From a virus: a DNA stretch of 47,507 bases. The translations under genes were made by a program, and so were the position numbers. The DNA is taken from IMG/VR virus record IMGVR_UViG_3300043640_000025, positions 1 through 47,507 of that record, one strand, 5' to 3'. This document shows, piece after piece, positions 33,432 to 43,226 of the stretch. The first letter of the stretch is position 1. The number at the start of each line of letters is the position of its first letter. The notes below the pieces were generated by a model, which searched no databases, had not been told where the DNA came from, and saw nothing but the letters and a program-made list of their open reading frames with translations.

Positions 33432-33952
33432 TACGCGCGCACGATGCCGGGTGCCGGCTGGAACACGAAGCTGGTCGCGGACAGTGCCCAGCCGACTTGC
33501 TGCATCAGGTTCCCCGTCGCGGCCGGCGGCGTGCTGGTGACGGCACCACTGGTCGTACTCAGGAATACCGGAGCGCCGACCGTGAGGCCGGTGACTCCGG
33601 TGACGATCTGTCCCGGGAAGTAGACAGTCGCGTTCGCGGGTGAGGTCGTGCCGGCGAGAACGAAGCCGATGGCTGCCTTGGTCGCGTCAGTGGCATTCGC
33701 GTTGCGCGCGGTCGGAACGGTCGAGACGAGGAAGATGTTGACCAGCGCACCGGCCGTCAGCGCCTCGGAGGTGGGAAACACCTGGGAGGCAAGTCCGATG
33801 CCCGGGGGTAGAAGGGTTGAGTCCAGTACGCCAGAGGCATTGAGTGCCGGCAGCTTGCCTGCATCACCAGCACCGGCCGAAGTCTGGTTCGCCACGATCT
33901 CCTTGGGGAGTCCGCTGGTTGCATCGACCGCAAGATATTTGTTTCCAGCCAT
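33431..33952 (-). CDS. Hypothetical virion protein (fibre/decoration-like)
   Basis: 173 aa, Ala/Thr/Gly-rich. Confidence 0.55.
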   Translation of the reverse strand: MAGNKYLAVDATSGLPKEIVANQTSAGAGDAGKLPALNASGVLDSTLLPPGIGLASQVFPTSEALTAGALVNIFLVSTVPTARNANATDATKAAIGFVLAGTTSPANATVYFPGQIVTGVTGLTVGAPVFLSTTSGAVTSTPPAATGNLMQQVGWALSATSFVFQPAPGIVRA

Positions 33953-33954
33953 GA

Positions 33955-34470
33955 TTATGCCCTCAAGATGGCGCGGTGAATAAGAACGGTGACGGTGTTG
34001 GCATCCAGCGCCTTGCCTACTTCCAGCACGGCGCTGGCGGCGTAGGTCTGCGTCAGCCGCCCGTCAGATTCGGAGCAGTAGACCGGGCCGGGTGACCAAG
34101 ACCACATCGGTTCGGTAAACGATGCCTGCGGTGCCACGGAGACCATGGCGCCTTGTGTCGCGGCATGCGTGGTGACGCCGATGACGCGCTGGATGTCATC
34201 GTTGTTCGAAAGATCGGGGTAGTACGCGATACCATCGGCTGCGGCGACGATGCGCGGTGAATCCAGTGACTCGCCGGCCACAAGGGTGAGCGTGCTGCTA
34301 CTCGACCCGCCACCGACTGAGATACCGCCAAAGGTGGTGCCGTCACCGACATAGAGCGCCTTCTGGTCGGTATCCCAGCAGGGCTGTCCACTCAGCAGGA
34401 CGGTAGCAAGTCGTTTCGTCGTGGTGCCACGAAGAACGAGCAGCTTGTCGACAAGGACGTCAACGCTCAT
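33955..34470 (-). CDS. Fibre-like protein with an Mtd_N / HylP-type N-terminal motif
   Basis: Start at 34470 (MSVDVLVDK). LVLRGTTTKRLATVLLSGQPCWDTDQKALYVGDGTTFGG matches the motif L.RG.......L..GEp..DTD...l.vGDG. Confidence 0.5.
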   Translation of the reverse strand: MSVDVLVDKLLVLRGTTTKRLATVLLSGQPCWDTDQKALYVGDGTTFGGISVGGGSSSSTLTLVAGESLDSPRIVAAADGIAYYPDLSNNDDIQRVIGVTTHAATQGAMVSVAPQASFTEPMWSWSPGPVYCSESDGRLTQTYAASAVLEVGKALDANTVTVLIHRAILRA

Positions 34471-34895
34471 AGCACGCCCCCATCCACGTTCAAGCTCTGC
34501 GGCTGGCCCTGGCCGATGTCGGGAAGCCCTGCCAGTTGCCGACACAGGATGACCCTGCACCAGTCCGGCCATTGCTCAGGAATCGCCACGACGAGCCAGA
34601 CTTGGTTATCGAAGACGAACGCATCGCCGCCCTTCGCCGTTCCGCGCTCGATACCGTAGATATGACCGTTCAGGTAGACCGAACACATCTCGCCCTGAAT
34701 GTTCAGGCCGTCGACGTGCTGAAGGTCCTTGAAGCTCAGTTCCTGCTTCTGGATCGACAACGGGACAGGCGGAAGGAAGGCCGGAACCTGCTTGCCGCTC
34801 CCTGTCGTCGTGTAGCCGTTGCTCTGGTACACCTCGGCAGGGATGAACGGATTGACCGTACCAATCGCGCCAGACGCGATGCCATGGAGATTCAT
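34467..34895 (-). CDS. Head-tail joining / collar-like protein
   Basis: Start MNLHGIASGAIGTVNP at 34895 (ATGA overlap). A conserved small virion family, as I recall it. Confidence 0.45.
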   Translation of the reverse strand: MNLHGIASGAIGTVNPFIPAEVYQSNGYTTTGSGKQVPAFLPPVPLSIQKQELSFKDLQHVDGLNIQGEMCSVYLNGHIYGIERGTAKGGDAFVFDNQVWLVVAIPEQWPDWCRVILCRQLAGLPDIGQGQPQSLNVDGGVL

Positions 34896-35359
34896 GACCC
34901 TTCCTTGACCTCGAAGTCCACGCCGCGAAGCATGACGCCGGAGTCGATGAGAGGCTTCTCGAACCCCTTCGCCAGAATCGTCGTCTCCGACAACGGCGGG
35001 TCGATGAACTCGCGGATGGATGCCTGAAGCTGCCCGCTGATACCGACGCCCATCCGCTCGAAGGCGACATGCACGTCGCAGTCCGCCGCCTTCATGACCT
35101 TGGCCATGCTCGCACCCCATCCCGGGGACTTCGCCGCGATCATGCGGCGAAAGAATGGGCGTGGTGGCTGGTTGTTGGCCGGGTTGCCGTATTCATTGGT
35201 CGTCGCCACAAGGGCCACGTTTGTTCCGTCCGGATAGGTCGCGCCCTCGAGGAACCCGAGGCGCAATACCTCACCGTCGCCAACCTTCTTCTTGATCTCT
35301 TCCAGCTTCAGGCGAAGCCCATCGCCACCGACCAGACCTAGTTGCATCGCGTCGGCCAT
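34892..35359 (-). CDS. HK97 gp10-like head-tail connector
   Basis: LGFLEGATYPDGTNVALVATTNEYGNPANNQPPRPFFRRM is the gp10 family motif. Start is 35359 or 35347. Confidence 0.6.
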   Translation of the reverse strand: MADAMQLGLVGGDGLRLKLEEIKKKVGDGEVLRLGFLEGATYPDGTNVALVATTNEYGNPANNQPPRPFFRRMIAAKSPGWGASMAKVMKAADCDVHVAFERMGVGISGQLQASIREFIDPPLSETTILAKGFEKPLIDSGVMLRGVDFEVKEGS

Positions 35360-35784
35360 CCGCCACGAGGAAAGGCGCATCGCTGCGACGATCCCGGAAT
35401 GTATCGTGCCGTCCGGTACTGGGCCGTTGCCTGCCAGTACGAGGAGCCGTATTTCGTCTGCATGAACCATGCGGCGGTGCCCGGAACGCCATCCATGGCC
35501 GTCCCGACCGACACGGAGCCTTCCGTGGCCGTATTGACCCGACCCACCAGCGGCGAGGCCGGCTGACCGTTGACGCCGGCATTGATGGCCGCGATGTGCG
35601 CGACCAGCATGTTCAGCAGCAACGCGCGCGGCTCGATGTTCCTGACCACACTGCATTCCGTGTTGGACAGGTAGATCGTCGCTTCATCGAAATAGGCCTG
35701 GAGCAGGCCCGGATCGACCGAAGCGAACTCCGGATACCGGATCAGGAACTGAGCCGGATTGAAGACGACGATCCCGGTGGTCAC
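35338..35784 (-). CDS. DUF4054-like head-tail connector
   Basis: GTG at 35784 (GTGA overlap). FNPAQFLIRYPEFASVDPGLLQAYFDEA is typical of DUF4054. Confidence 0.55.
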   Translation of the reverse strand: MTTGIVVFNPAQFLIRYPEFASVDPGLLQAYFDEATIYLSNTECSVVRNIEPRALLLNMLVAHIAAINAGVNGQPASPLVGRVNTATEGSVSVGTAMDGVPGTAAWFMQTKYGSSYWQATAQYRTARYIPGSSQRCAFPRGGWPTRCN

Positions 35785-36122
35785 GCCTTGTCTTCCTTCT
35801 TGCCCTCGTACTTCTCCGGCTTGATGCCGGGCGCCGGCTTCTCGGGATTGAGGCCTTCGAGGCCGCTCTTGACCTCGGCCTGTTCCTTGGCCTGATCCCG
35901 GGCCTTGGTCTGCGTTTCCTGCGCGAAGATCAGGCCACGCTTCACGACGACCGTATTGGCGGACAGCTTGAGCCAGGCGTCGAAGAAGTCCTTTTCGACT
36001 GGGGTGAGGCCATAGCCGCCGATGACCAGCGAGGTGTTCGCTCCATTGAGCTTCACCTTCTTGCCTTCGACGTCGATGATCAGGCCATGGGGCAGTTTGC
36101 AACCTACGGTGACGGTAGCCAT
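35781..36122 (-). CDS. Hypothetical protein downstream of the capsid gene
   Basis: ATG at 36122, 1 nt after the capsid stop. Lys/Glu-rich tail. Confidence 0.55.
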   Translation of the reverse strand: MATVTVGCKLPHGLIIDVEGKKVKLNGANTSLVIGGYGLTPVEKDFFDAWLKLSANTVVVKRGLIFAQETQTKARDQAKEQAEVKSGLEGLNPEKPAPGIKPEKYEGKKEDKA

Positions 36123-36123
36123 A

Positions 36124-37161
36124 TCAGACCCCCAGCAAGCTGGCGATGCCGATCGGCATCTTGATAATCGCGCCCCAGGTGCCCGCCGACTTCTTCTGCT
36201 TGAAGCTGGACAGGTCGAGGATGACCGGATGCGCACGCATCTTCTCGGTGAACGCGCAGGTGCCGGTATCCTGACCTTCGACACCGTCGACGATCAGCTG
36301 CACCACTTCACCGGCATCGGTTTCGTACTCGACGGCGGTTTCGACGCGCAGGTTCGGGAAGTTCTTCTTCAGCTGGTCGCTGACGTTGACGTTGAACTGA
36401 TTCGTCTTGGTCAGGTTGACTTCGGCCGAAGGCGACATCGCCAGAACCATGTTCGCGTCGCGCGCGATCAGGCCCTTGGTCTGCGCAATAAGCTGGTTGT
36501 AAAGCACCTGGCTGATGTCGTCGTAGACCTGCTGGCCATCCTTGTCGGCCCACAAGCGGCTGCTGCCGGTGCCCGTGGGCAGAGGCTGGACCGGTGCGGA
36601 CAGGTTCGGATCGTTCAGCAGGCCATAGTTCTGCAGACCTTCGATACCGAAGAAGTACGACTTGTTCTGGAACTTGTTGATAGCCAGCGCGCTCGCAGCG
36701 TTCAAGCTCGAGGCGTAGTCGATGCGGCCAAGACCTGCCATTTCCAGTTCGCGCTCACCCCACTGGGTGACCGTCTGGAAGTGGTAGGACTGACGCGGCA
36801 CCCAGTTGACGTTCGCGCTGGACTGGCCGTTGTTGCTGTAGTCGCCGTAGGAGCTGACCTCACCTGTCGACTCCATGACCGGAAACTGGCTGGTTAGCGT
36901 GGTCCAGTCGCCTTTCTTCGCTTCACCGAGGATCGTGGCGGCCTTCATGGGGCTTACCAGTACCTTGATGACTTCAGGGTCGACGTAGTTGGCCAGGAAC
37001 GCGGGGATGCCCGCATTGCTGACGGTGATCATGGAGGGCTGTGCGTCCATAGCGAGGTTGTAGTCGCGGGCAAACTGCGGCTCGATATAGCCGCGAACGT
37101 CGCCGAGATGGATGCCGTAGTCGCCTTCCAGCCTGCGGAGGTCGGATCGGATAGTGGTCAT
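36124..37161 (-). CDS. Major capsid protein (DUF2184 / encapsulin-like family)
   Basis: 345 aa. [43 protein letters not shown] motif. Position after the scaffold and cement genes. Confidence 0.8.
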   Translation of the reverse strand: MTTIRSDLRRLEGDYGIHLGDVRGYIEPQFARDYNLAMDAQPSMITVSNAGIPAFLANYVDPEVIKVLVSPMKAATILGEAKKGDWTTLTSQFPVMESTGEVSSYGDYSNNGQSSANVNWVPRQSYHFQTVTQWGERELEMAGLGRIDYASSLNAASALAINKFQNKSYFFGIEGLQNYGLLNDPNLSAPVQPLPTGTGSSRLWADKDGQQVYDDISQVLYNQLIAQTKGLIARDANMVLAMSPSAEVNLTKTNQFNVNVSDQLKKNFPNLRVETAVEYETDAGEVVQLIVDGVEGQDTGTCAFTEKMRAHPVILDLSSFKQKKSAGTWGAIIKMPIGIASLLGV

Positions 37162-37164
37162 GGC

Positions 37165-37854
37165 TCAGGCCCAGGTGGTGATTTTGACGAGTTCGCCGGC
37201 ATCAGCAGCGCTGGCGACCGACCACGAAGTTTCGACGCCGCTCTTCGTCGTCAGGGTTTCGCTCGCGACGGTCTGCGATGCGGAGACGGTGTACGTGCCG
37301 ATGCCGCCCGGCGTACCGGTCAACTGGTTGACGATCACGGTGCCGGCAGTGATGCCAGCGCCGGTCAACGGCTGTCCCGCGGCCAACGTGCCGGAAGCAA
37401 CAGCGGTGACGGTGAGGACGGTGGTGGCGATGCTTCCAGTGACGGACGCGCCGGCCGGCGGATTGCCGGTCGCTGCCGTGGTGACCTGTCCGGTGGCGTA
37501 GTTCGCATACACCTTCTGACCGATCACGGCCGCGGTGCTGGAACGCGCCCAGAAATCGCCCTGGTTGTGCAGGGTGACCATCAGGCCTTCCGGGATGACC
37601 ATCGATGCTTCGCCCAACCACTGAGTGATCAGGGCCTGCATGTCGCGATGGACGAAGCCGGTCGGGGCGCCTGCGCCGGAGTTGCCGACGATGCCGTCAG
37701 CACTGGCCCATGCGAAGCGACCAACCGTGACGCCATTGGGGCCTGCGACGAGAGCGCCCGGGCCGGCGATGACACTGGCACGCGGGTTGGCCGAGGCAAA
37801 ATCGCCCTCGACTGCCGGCGCGGGAGTGATGTTGACTTGAGTCTGGAAGCCCAT
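37165..37854 (-). CDS. Capsid cement/decoration protein (Gp24-like) with a C-terminal Ig-like segment
   Basis: [28 protein letters not shown]-terminus is characteristic of the cement-protein family as I recall it. Confidence 0.5.
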   Translation of the reverse strand: MGFQTQVNITPAPAVEGDFASANPRASVIAGPGALVAGPNGVTVGRFAWASADGIVGNSGAGAPTGFVHRDMQALITQWLGEASMVIPEGLMVTLHNQGDFWARSSTAAVIGQKVYANYATGQVTTAATGNPPAGASVTGSIATTVLTVTAVASGTLAAGQPLTGAGITAGTVIVNQLTGTPGGIGTYTVSASQTVASETLTTKSGVETSWSVASAADAGELVKITTWA

Positions 37855-37856
37855 GG

Positions 37857-39167
37857 TTAGGCCCTCTTGAGCTTGGTGGCGGTGGGGAAGCGAGCCGCGA
37901 AGCTCGATTCAGCGGCGGCGTCCATCGCGACACGGGCGGCTTGCGGCTTGACCTGACGGTCTTTGGCCATACCCACCAAGGTCGGCAATGCGGAGGCGTG
38001 CACGCCCTTGGCGTCGACACCGATGGAGTCGAGGGCAAATCGATAGACGGCTTCGGCGCTGTCCATGGCTACCACGGCGCCAACGAGGGGACGGACGTCT
38101 TCCTCGGCCTGGCGGATCGCAGTGAACTCGCGCAAGGCATCCTGGCGGGCATCGGAACGGACGCGGGCGAAGGCAGCATCGTTGGCCTTGCCGTCTTCCT
38201 TCTTCTTGGCTTCCTCGGCCTCTTCGTCCTCGGCCTTTTTCTTGGCCTCTTCGTCGGCTTCGTCGGAGGCTTTCTTCTCGCGAGCGGCCTTCTCTTCCTC
38301 GGTCTCCTCTTCGTCGTCGGCCTTGCCGTCCTCTTCCTCTTCGGCCTCGTCGCAGGCCAGCGTCAGGACGCGGGTAAGGTCATCGACGTTGAGGTCGAGG
38401 TCCTTGAATACCGACTTCGCGTCCATCGCGACGAATGCCGGCTTCTTGTTGCCACGAACGATCGCGCGCAACTGGGGGATGGTGCCGTCCTGAGCCAGAA
38501 GGGGCCGCAGGTAAGCGCCAAGCGCCGCGCGCATTGCGACGGCCTTTTTGCTCAGTTTCATAGGAAGTAACTCCGGGGGTAGTGAATCGCCAACGGTTAC
38601 GTCAGCACCTGCGCGCCCGGTCTCGACCAGGGCGACGTGATTCCCAACGATGTCCGTCATGCGCCCGTCGAACGGGGCACCTTCGGCAACGCCAGGGGTC
38701 ATGTCGGCGACGTAGCGATACGACGACGACAGCTCTCTTTGATCGCCGGTCTCAATACCGGCGATGGCGCTCGCGTCCCAGACGGTCAGCGAGTTCTTTA
38801 GGTAGGGCGGTTCGAATACGGCGTCATTGCCGAGGCAACCGACGACGTCGAACTTCTGGGTATCGGTGGCGCTGACGGGGATGTGCTTCCCCATCAACTG
38901 GATGCCGTTGAACGTCGCGGCACCCTTGGATAGTTCGACCGGGTCGCGATACAGCATGTAGACGCGGTTCGGATCGAGGCCGAGACCTTCGTAGTTCGGG
39001 ATCTCCGCGCCGTAGTACGGGCAGACGTTCGCCTTCGAGATGTTGGTCATCTCGACGTGCATACGGCCGTCGACGTCCACGCTTCGCACGGTCATGCGGT
39101 CCATGGCGATGACATCACCCTTGCGCAGGGCGTTCGGGTTGGCGCGCTTCGTCATGGTGTCGCCCAT
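37857..39167 (-). CDS. Scaffold / prohead-protease-like protein (DUF2213-type N-domain, acidic coiled-coil C-domain)
   Basis: [10 protein letters not shown]...[12 protein letters not shown]...ATFNGIQL resembles DUF2213. Has an [24 protein letters not shown] tract. Start is 39167 or 39155; the track ORF to 39341 would read through a terminator. Confidence 0.6.
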   Translation of the reverse strand: MGDTMTKRANPNALRKGDVIAMDRMTVRSVDVDGRMHVEMTNISKANVCPYYGAEIPNYEGLGLDPNRVYMLYRDPVELSKGAATFNGIQLMGKHIPVSATDTQKFDVVGCLGNDAVFEPPYLKNSLTVWDASAIAGIETGDQRELSSSYRYVADMTPGVAEGAPFDGRMTDIVGNHVALVETGRAGADVTVGDSLPPELLPMKLSKKAVAMRAALGAYLRPLLAQDGTIPQLRAIVRGNKKPAFVAMDAKSVFKDLDLNVDDLTRVLTLACDEAEEEEDGKADDEEETEEEKAAREKKASDEADEEAKKKAEDEEAEEAKKKEDGKANDAAFARVRSDARQDALREFTAIRQAEEDVRPLVGAVVAMDSAEAVYRFALDSIGVDAKGVHASALPTLVGMAKDRQVKPQAARVAMDAAAESSFAARFPTATKLKRA

Positions 39168-39189
39168 AAAAAAACCCGCCGAAGCGGGT
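39168..39189 (-). terminator. Minus-strand intrinsic terminator between the MuF-like and scaffold genes
   Basis: On the minus strand: acccgc-ttcg-gcgggt followed by U7, ending directly at the ATG at 39167. Confidence 0.6.
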
Positions 39190-39210
39190 CGAGGAAATCG
39201 GTTGTGTTGG

Positions 39211-40047
39211 TCAGACGTCGAATCCGGGGACGACTGCCTGCCATGTGCATCGGCAGTTGATCTCTTCCCCAGGCATGATCCATTTGTCGTCGATGAACAT
39301 GCCCTTGGCCAGTTCGAACGTATCGCCATCGGCGGCGACATGGGATGGCCTCGGGTGCTTGCCGGCGTGCGAGTGCTTCCACACCCCTTCCGTGATGCCT
39401 AGTTCCCGCTGCCTTACGGCCTGCAGCGTCGACGTTGCCTTGTTGTTCTGGTCCCTGGCGATGAGTGCCGCTCGCCGCTTCGTCACGCCGTAACGGTCCT
39501 GAAGCTCCCTGCTGAGATAGCCAAGGTCCCGGCCGCGCTGAACCGATCGCATGACCAGTCCCTCGACCTCCGACAGATGCTCGGAAGCGATGCTCTTGAT
39601 CAGGCCGACCTGTTCGCCGATGACCGCTTGGTAGGCATCGTTCATCGGGCGCGTCATGGTGAACTTGACCGAGAGGCCTTCGCCCTTCAGTCCCGATGCC
39701 AGTGCATTGTCCGAATGGGCCAGCATCCTGTCGGCGATACGCTTCGAGAGCGAGTCGGCCAGCTTGTCGAATATCCACTGCCAGCGCCGACTCAGCTTAC
39801 GAAGCGAGCCGCGCATAGCCATAGCTGGACTGTCGTCCTGCGCCAGGCCGTTGGCCAACCCCGTCGCCCTGTACTCAGCTTCGAGCCAGTAGGTAAGCGA
39901 GTCCTGCATCTTGGCGACCTGGTCGTCCAGCCGCTTCTGATACCACGCGGTGAGCCCGGCATTCGGCCGAACCGCGTTAAGCAGCCTTGGTGTCGGCGCT
40001 TTCGGTCGGCTCGCCTTCTTCCTCTTCTGGCTCGATACCGTCGTCAT
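39211..40047 (-). CDS. Head morphogenesis protein (Mu gpF / SPP1 gp7 family)
   Basis: C-terminal HPRPSHVAADGDTF......PGEEINCRCTW motif. The start overlaps the portal gene by 71 nt and is uncertain. Confidence 0.75.
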   Translation of the reverse strand: MTTVSSQKRKKASRPKAPTPRLLNAVRPNAGLTAWYQKRLDDQVAKMQDSLTYWLEAEYRATGLANGLAQDDSPAMAMRGSLRKLSRRWQWIFDKLADSLSKRIADRMLAHSDNALASGLKGEGLSVKFTMTRPMNDAYQAVIGEQVGLIKSIASEHLSEVEGLVMRSVQRGRDLGYLSRELQDRYGVTKRRAALIARDQNNKATSTLQAVRQRELGITEGVWKHSHAGKHPRPSHVAADGDTFELAKGMFIDDKWIMPGEEINCRCTWQAVVPGFDV

Positions 40048-41482
40048 CTGTCAGTTCCAGCGAGTGGTACGGGCTTTCCGGGTCGGCGGCAACGCGTGCG
40101 CGGGATTCCTCCGGCGTAATGACGCTGGCCGTGATCAGAACGGCATCGGTGTCCGCATCAGCCTTCCGTGCCGCGGCCTTCTCAGCCTCCGACAACTGGT
40201 AGAGCGGGACGAACTCGAAGTCGATATCCGGGTCGATATCGCCGAACTCCGAGAGTTGGATCACGTCAATGATCTTCTTCAGTGGAGGGCGAATCTGACT
40301 CTCTTGCTTCGAGTTGACATCGTCGTAAAACACCCGGATTTCGCCATCGGAATCGGCATTCAGGCCGGCAGGCGTGATGCCCAGCAGCTTGACCAGCGGG
40401 ATACTGCTGACGGACGACTGCTGCTCCTGCGCCTGCGCCTGAAGCTTGTCCAGGCCGGCCAGTGGGGTGTTGAACTGGAAGAACTCTTCCGAGTCCTTGT
40501 TGAGGGCGAAGACGCCGCGGTTATCGCGAGTCTGGTTGAACATTTCCAGGCGCTTGAACAGGTCTTGGCCGGAATCACCTTCCAGCACCGATGACATGTC
40601 CGTCAGGATGCCGCTGATCGAGAACGAATGGATGATGTCCGAAACGCTGTCCCGCGTCCTGATCCAGTGGTCGATGTACGGCTTGGCAAGCTGCGACATG
40701 GATAGGCCGCCGAAGCTGTAGGCTGCCTTGAGCATGTCGGGCACCGGCCGAGAGATCATCATCAGCATGCGGCTGGCATGCACGGACTTCCCCATGACGT
40801 ACCACTGGGACGGCTTGTAGTAGTCCTTCTTCAGCGGGTCGGTGGAGTTGTAGATGCCCGGATAGGTCCACATCGGCTCGACGCGCCGGAAGCCAACAAG
40901 CGAGCCTTTGGTGATCTTCTTCTCGGACAGGGACAGCGGCGTCGCAAGCTCGGCTGGATCATCGGTAGCCAGCACGCCCTTGGGTGTCTTGACGTCGATG
41001 TAGACCTGGCCGCGACCGAAGTAACCATCATCTTCAATGACGTGCTTGAACAGCTCCCTGACGCTGAATTGACGAAGCATCTCGTCAATCTTCTTGATCC
41101 GATCGGTCTTATCGCCCTCTCCGTGCGAGGTCAGTTTGATCCACTTCCGCGTCATCTCGTCTGCGAGGACCGACGACATCTTTCGGTATTCGGCGATCTG
41201 GGTCAGTTCGGCCAGATACGGGTAGCCGGGGAAGCCTGTGAAGCATCCCAGTCCACCCAGTTCGTTGAGGTAGCCATAGGGCGTGCTGTCCATCGCCAGG
41301 ACGGATTTCAGGTCCTTGGCGGGCACCACACCAGGCGCGGGTTCGTAGGTCTTGAACTCGAACCGCTCGCGTGTGGGTGCAGTACCCGCCATCGCAACAG
41401 CCATCGCACTGATAGACATCTTGCGCGCAGGGGCCTTCGCCGGCGCAGTCTTCGCCGCCGCGGTCCGCTTACGTGAGGTCAT
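39977..41482 (-). CDS. Portal protein (DUF1073-like)
   Basis: About 501 aa. The ATG at 41482 overlaps the TerL stop by 1 nt. Acidic C-terminus. Located between TerL and the MuF-like gene. Confidence 0.8.
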   Translation of the reverse strand: MTSRKRTAAAKTAPAKAPARKMSISAMAVAMAGTAPTRERFEFKTYEPAPGVVPAKDLKSVLAMDSTPYGYLNELGGLGCFTGFPGYPYLAELTQIAEYRKMSSVLADEMTRKWIKLTSHGEGDKTDRIKKIDEMLRQFSVRELFKHVIEDDGYFGRGQVYIDVKTPKGVLATDDPAELATPLSLSEKKITKGSLVGFRRVEPMWTYPGIYNSTDPLKKDYYKPSQWYVMGKSVHASRMLMMISRPVPDMLKAAYSFGGLSMSQLAKPYIDHWIRTRDSVSDIIHSFSISGILTDMSSVLEGDSGQDLFKRLEMFNQTRDNRGVFALNKDSEEFFQFNTPLAGLDKLQAQAQEQQSSVSSIPLVKLLGITPAGLNADSDGEIRVFYDDVNSKQESQIRPPLKKIIDVIQLSEFGDIDPDIDFEFVPLYQLSEAEKAAARKADADTDAVLITASVITPEESRARVAADPESPYHSLELTDDDGIEPEEEEGEPTESADTKAA

Positions 41483-42897
41483 CAGGCTTGCCTTAGGGCG
41501 GTATCGGAGATGCGCATCGGTGCCACGGTGGGAACGAAGCACATGATGAAAGCGTCAGCTAGGTTGGGCGAAGGGACAGGGCCGCCGGGACGGTTCGATT
41601 TGGCCAGGTCCTTCTTGCTCTCCACCTTCACTCGACCGTTCTGGTCGTAGTCGCGCTTCGGGGTGGAGAGTTCGTCGATCAACTGCTCGAGTCGCGGGCA
41701 GTCGCTGGAGATGCTGATCAGATCGTCCTCTGCGAATACCTCACCCTTGCGTACCGCGTTGAACGTGTTCCGGAACCTGTCCGCCACCAGCCACCAGGCC
41801 TGCGACTTGATGTTCGTGAACATGTCCTTGTTCTTGATCTTGGGCTCGTAGAAGGCATCGGGGCGCCATACAGCACCGCCGGCATTGAACTTCTCGTAGG
41901 CCACCCGGATACCGGCGAGCCTGTTCTGCTCGTTGATGTCCTTGAACTTCGATCCCGACCCAGCGCCGACGCCGATGCTGTCGTAGGTGATCGACGCGCC
42001 GCGGTCCCTGGCGGCGTTATAGGTCCGTGTGCAGGACTTCTGCAACTCGTCCTCGCCCGCCTTCCATTCGTCCGCCCACGACACCACCGAACCATGCGCG
42101 AAGACGTTGGCGCACTTGTCCGCACCGGAGTCGGCGACATCGAAACCGACGCGCTTAGACCCCTTCGCCTCGAACTTCAGTACCAGGTGAGCGTCGATTG
42201 CTGCCTGAATCCATGACCGCTTGATGATCACGCCATCGTCGTCTTCCCTGGGCACGCCGAGATAGACGTGCTGGAAGGCTTCGAAGTCCGACGCCTTGAG
42301 GGCCTCGATGATCTGCTGGCTGGTCGTACTGAGAAACGGGTTCTCGGTGTAGTTGATCAGCCGCTTTACCGTGTTCGGCGGCGGCTTGACCACGAAACGC
42401 TTGTACGTGAAGTCAGTGGCCAGCTTCGGATTGAAGATGACCCATACCTGTGAACCTTCCTTACGGATGGTCGGCTCTAGAATCTCCCACTGCGCCTCGG
42501 TGAGGTTGTGGGCTTCCTCGATCCAGAGGATATCGATGCCCTCGAGCGACTTGATCTCGTCGATATGGCGCCAGAGACCGTAGAACAGGAACTCCGATCC
42601 AGTGCCCAGATGGACGATGGAGTTGTCGGTGATCTTGAACTGGTCCTGCAGGCCGAACCGCTCGATCTGGATCTTCAGCAGGGTATAGACCGACTCCGCG
42701 ATCTTGTTCTGGAACTGTCGCGCGCAGCACACCCGGATACGGCATTGCTGGGCGAGGAACACCGCGAACCCTGCGGCATCCCATGATTTCGACGAATCGC
42801 GGCCGCCGTACAGGACGCGGTTACGGGCCGGCGTCAGCCAGAAATCGCGCAGTGCAGGGTTAAGCGTCGGTGCCTTTAATGCCAGGGAGGTTTGCAT
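41482..42897 (-). CDS. terL: Terminase large subunit (PBSX-type)
   Basis: 471 aa. Walker A-like YGGRDSSKSW. ILWIEEAH is Walker B-like. Nuclease half with acidic residues (GFDVADSG). Confidence 0.9.
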   Translation of the reverse strand: MQTSLALKAPTLNPALRDFWLTPARNRVLYGGRDSSKSWDAAGFAVFLAQQCRIRVCCARQFQNKIAESVYTLLKIQIERFGLQDQFKITDNSIVHLGTGSEFLFYGLWRHIDEIKSLEGIDILWIEEAHNLTEAQWEILEPTIRKEGSQVWVIFNPKLATDFTYKRFVVKPPPNTVKRLINYTENPFLSTTSQQIIEALKASDFEAFQHVYLGVPREDDDGVIIKRSWIQAAIDAHLVLKFEAKGSKRVGFDVADSGADKCANVFAHGSVVSWADEWKAGEDELQKSCTRTYNAARDRGASITYDSIGVGAGSGSKFKDINEQNRLAGIRVAYEKFNAGGAVWRPDAFYEPKIKNKDMFTNIKSQAWWLVADRFRNTFNAVRKGEVFAEDDLISISSDCPRLEQLIDELSTPKRDYDQNGRVKVESKKDLAKSNRPGGPVPSPNLADAFIMCFVPTVAPMRISDTALRQA

Positions 42898-43189
42898 AGA
42901 AATCGCCCAAGCCCTTCGGGGTCATGCTTCCGTCGCTGGACTTGAGGTCCGTCGTCTGAATGGACTTGCCGTATCCCCGGTCAAGTATCTCTTTCGTCGC
43001 TGCCACGCGGGCCGCAGGAGGTGCGCCGCGGTCCCGCATGATCTCCACCAGATTCTCAACTGCCTCTTCGCCGTAGCTCTGGGCAATTTCCTTAATGTCC
43101 GACGTTATCTTGTTGCGCGCGCCTTTAGGCCTGCCCTTTCCACGGTTGCCCTGAACCGTATTGGCCCGTTCTTTACGGTTGGTCGCCAT
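42860..43189 (-). CDS. terS: Putative terminase small subunit
   Basis: 109 aa. Basic N-terminus NRGKGRPKGARNK. Overlaps the TerL start. Confidence 0.5.
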   Translation of the reverse strand: MATNRKERANTVQGNRGKGRPKGARNKITSDIKEIAQSYGEEAVENLVEIMRDRGAPPAARVAATKEILDRGYGKSIQTTDLKSSDGSMTPKGLGDFYANLPGIKGTDA

Positions 43190-43226
43190 AATTAATGTAC
43201 CGACACTCGGGAACCGAGTTCAGTAA

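Noticed and set aside
37857-39341. The 494-aa version of the scaffold ORF starting at 39341.
   Set aside because: The first 58 codons would read through an intrinsic terminator (39168-39189) and the 3' end of the MuF-like gene. The family-like sequence begins at the ATGs at 39167 or 39155.
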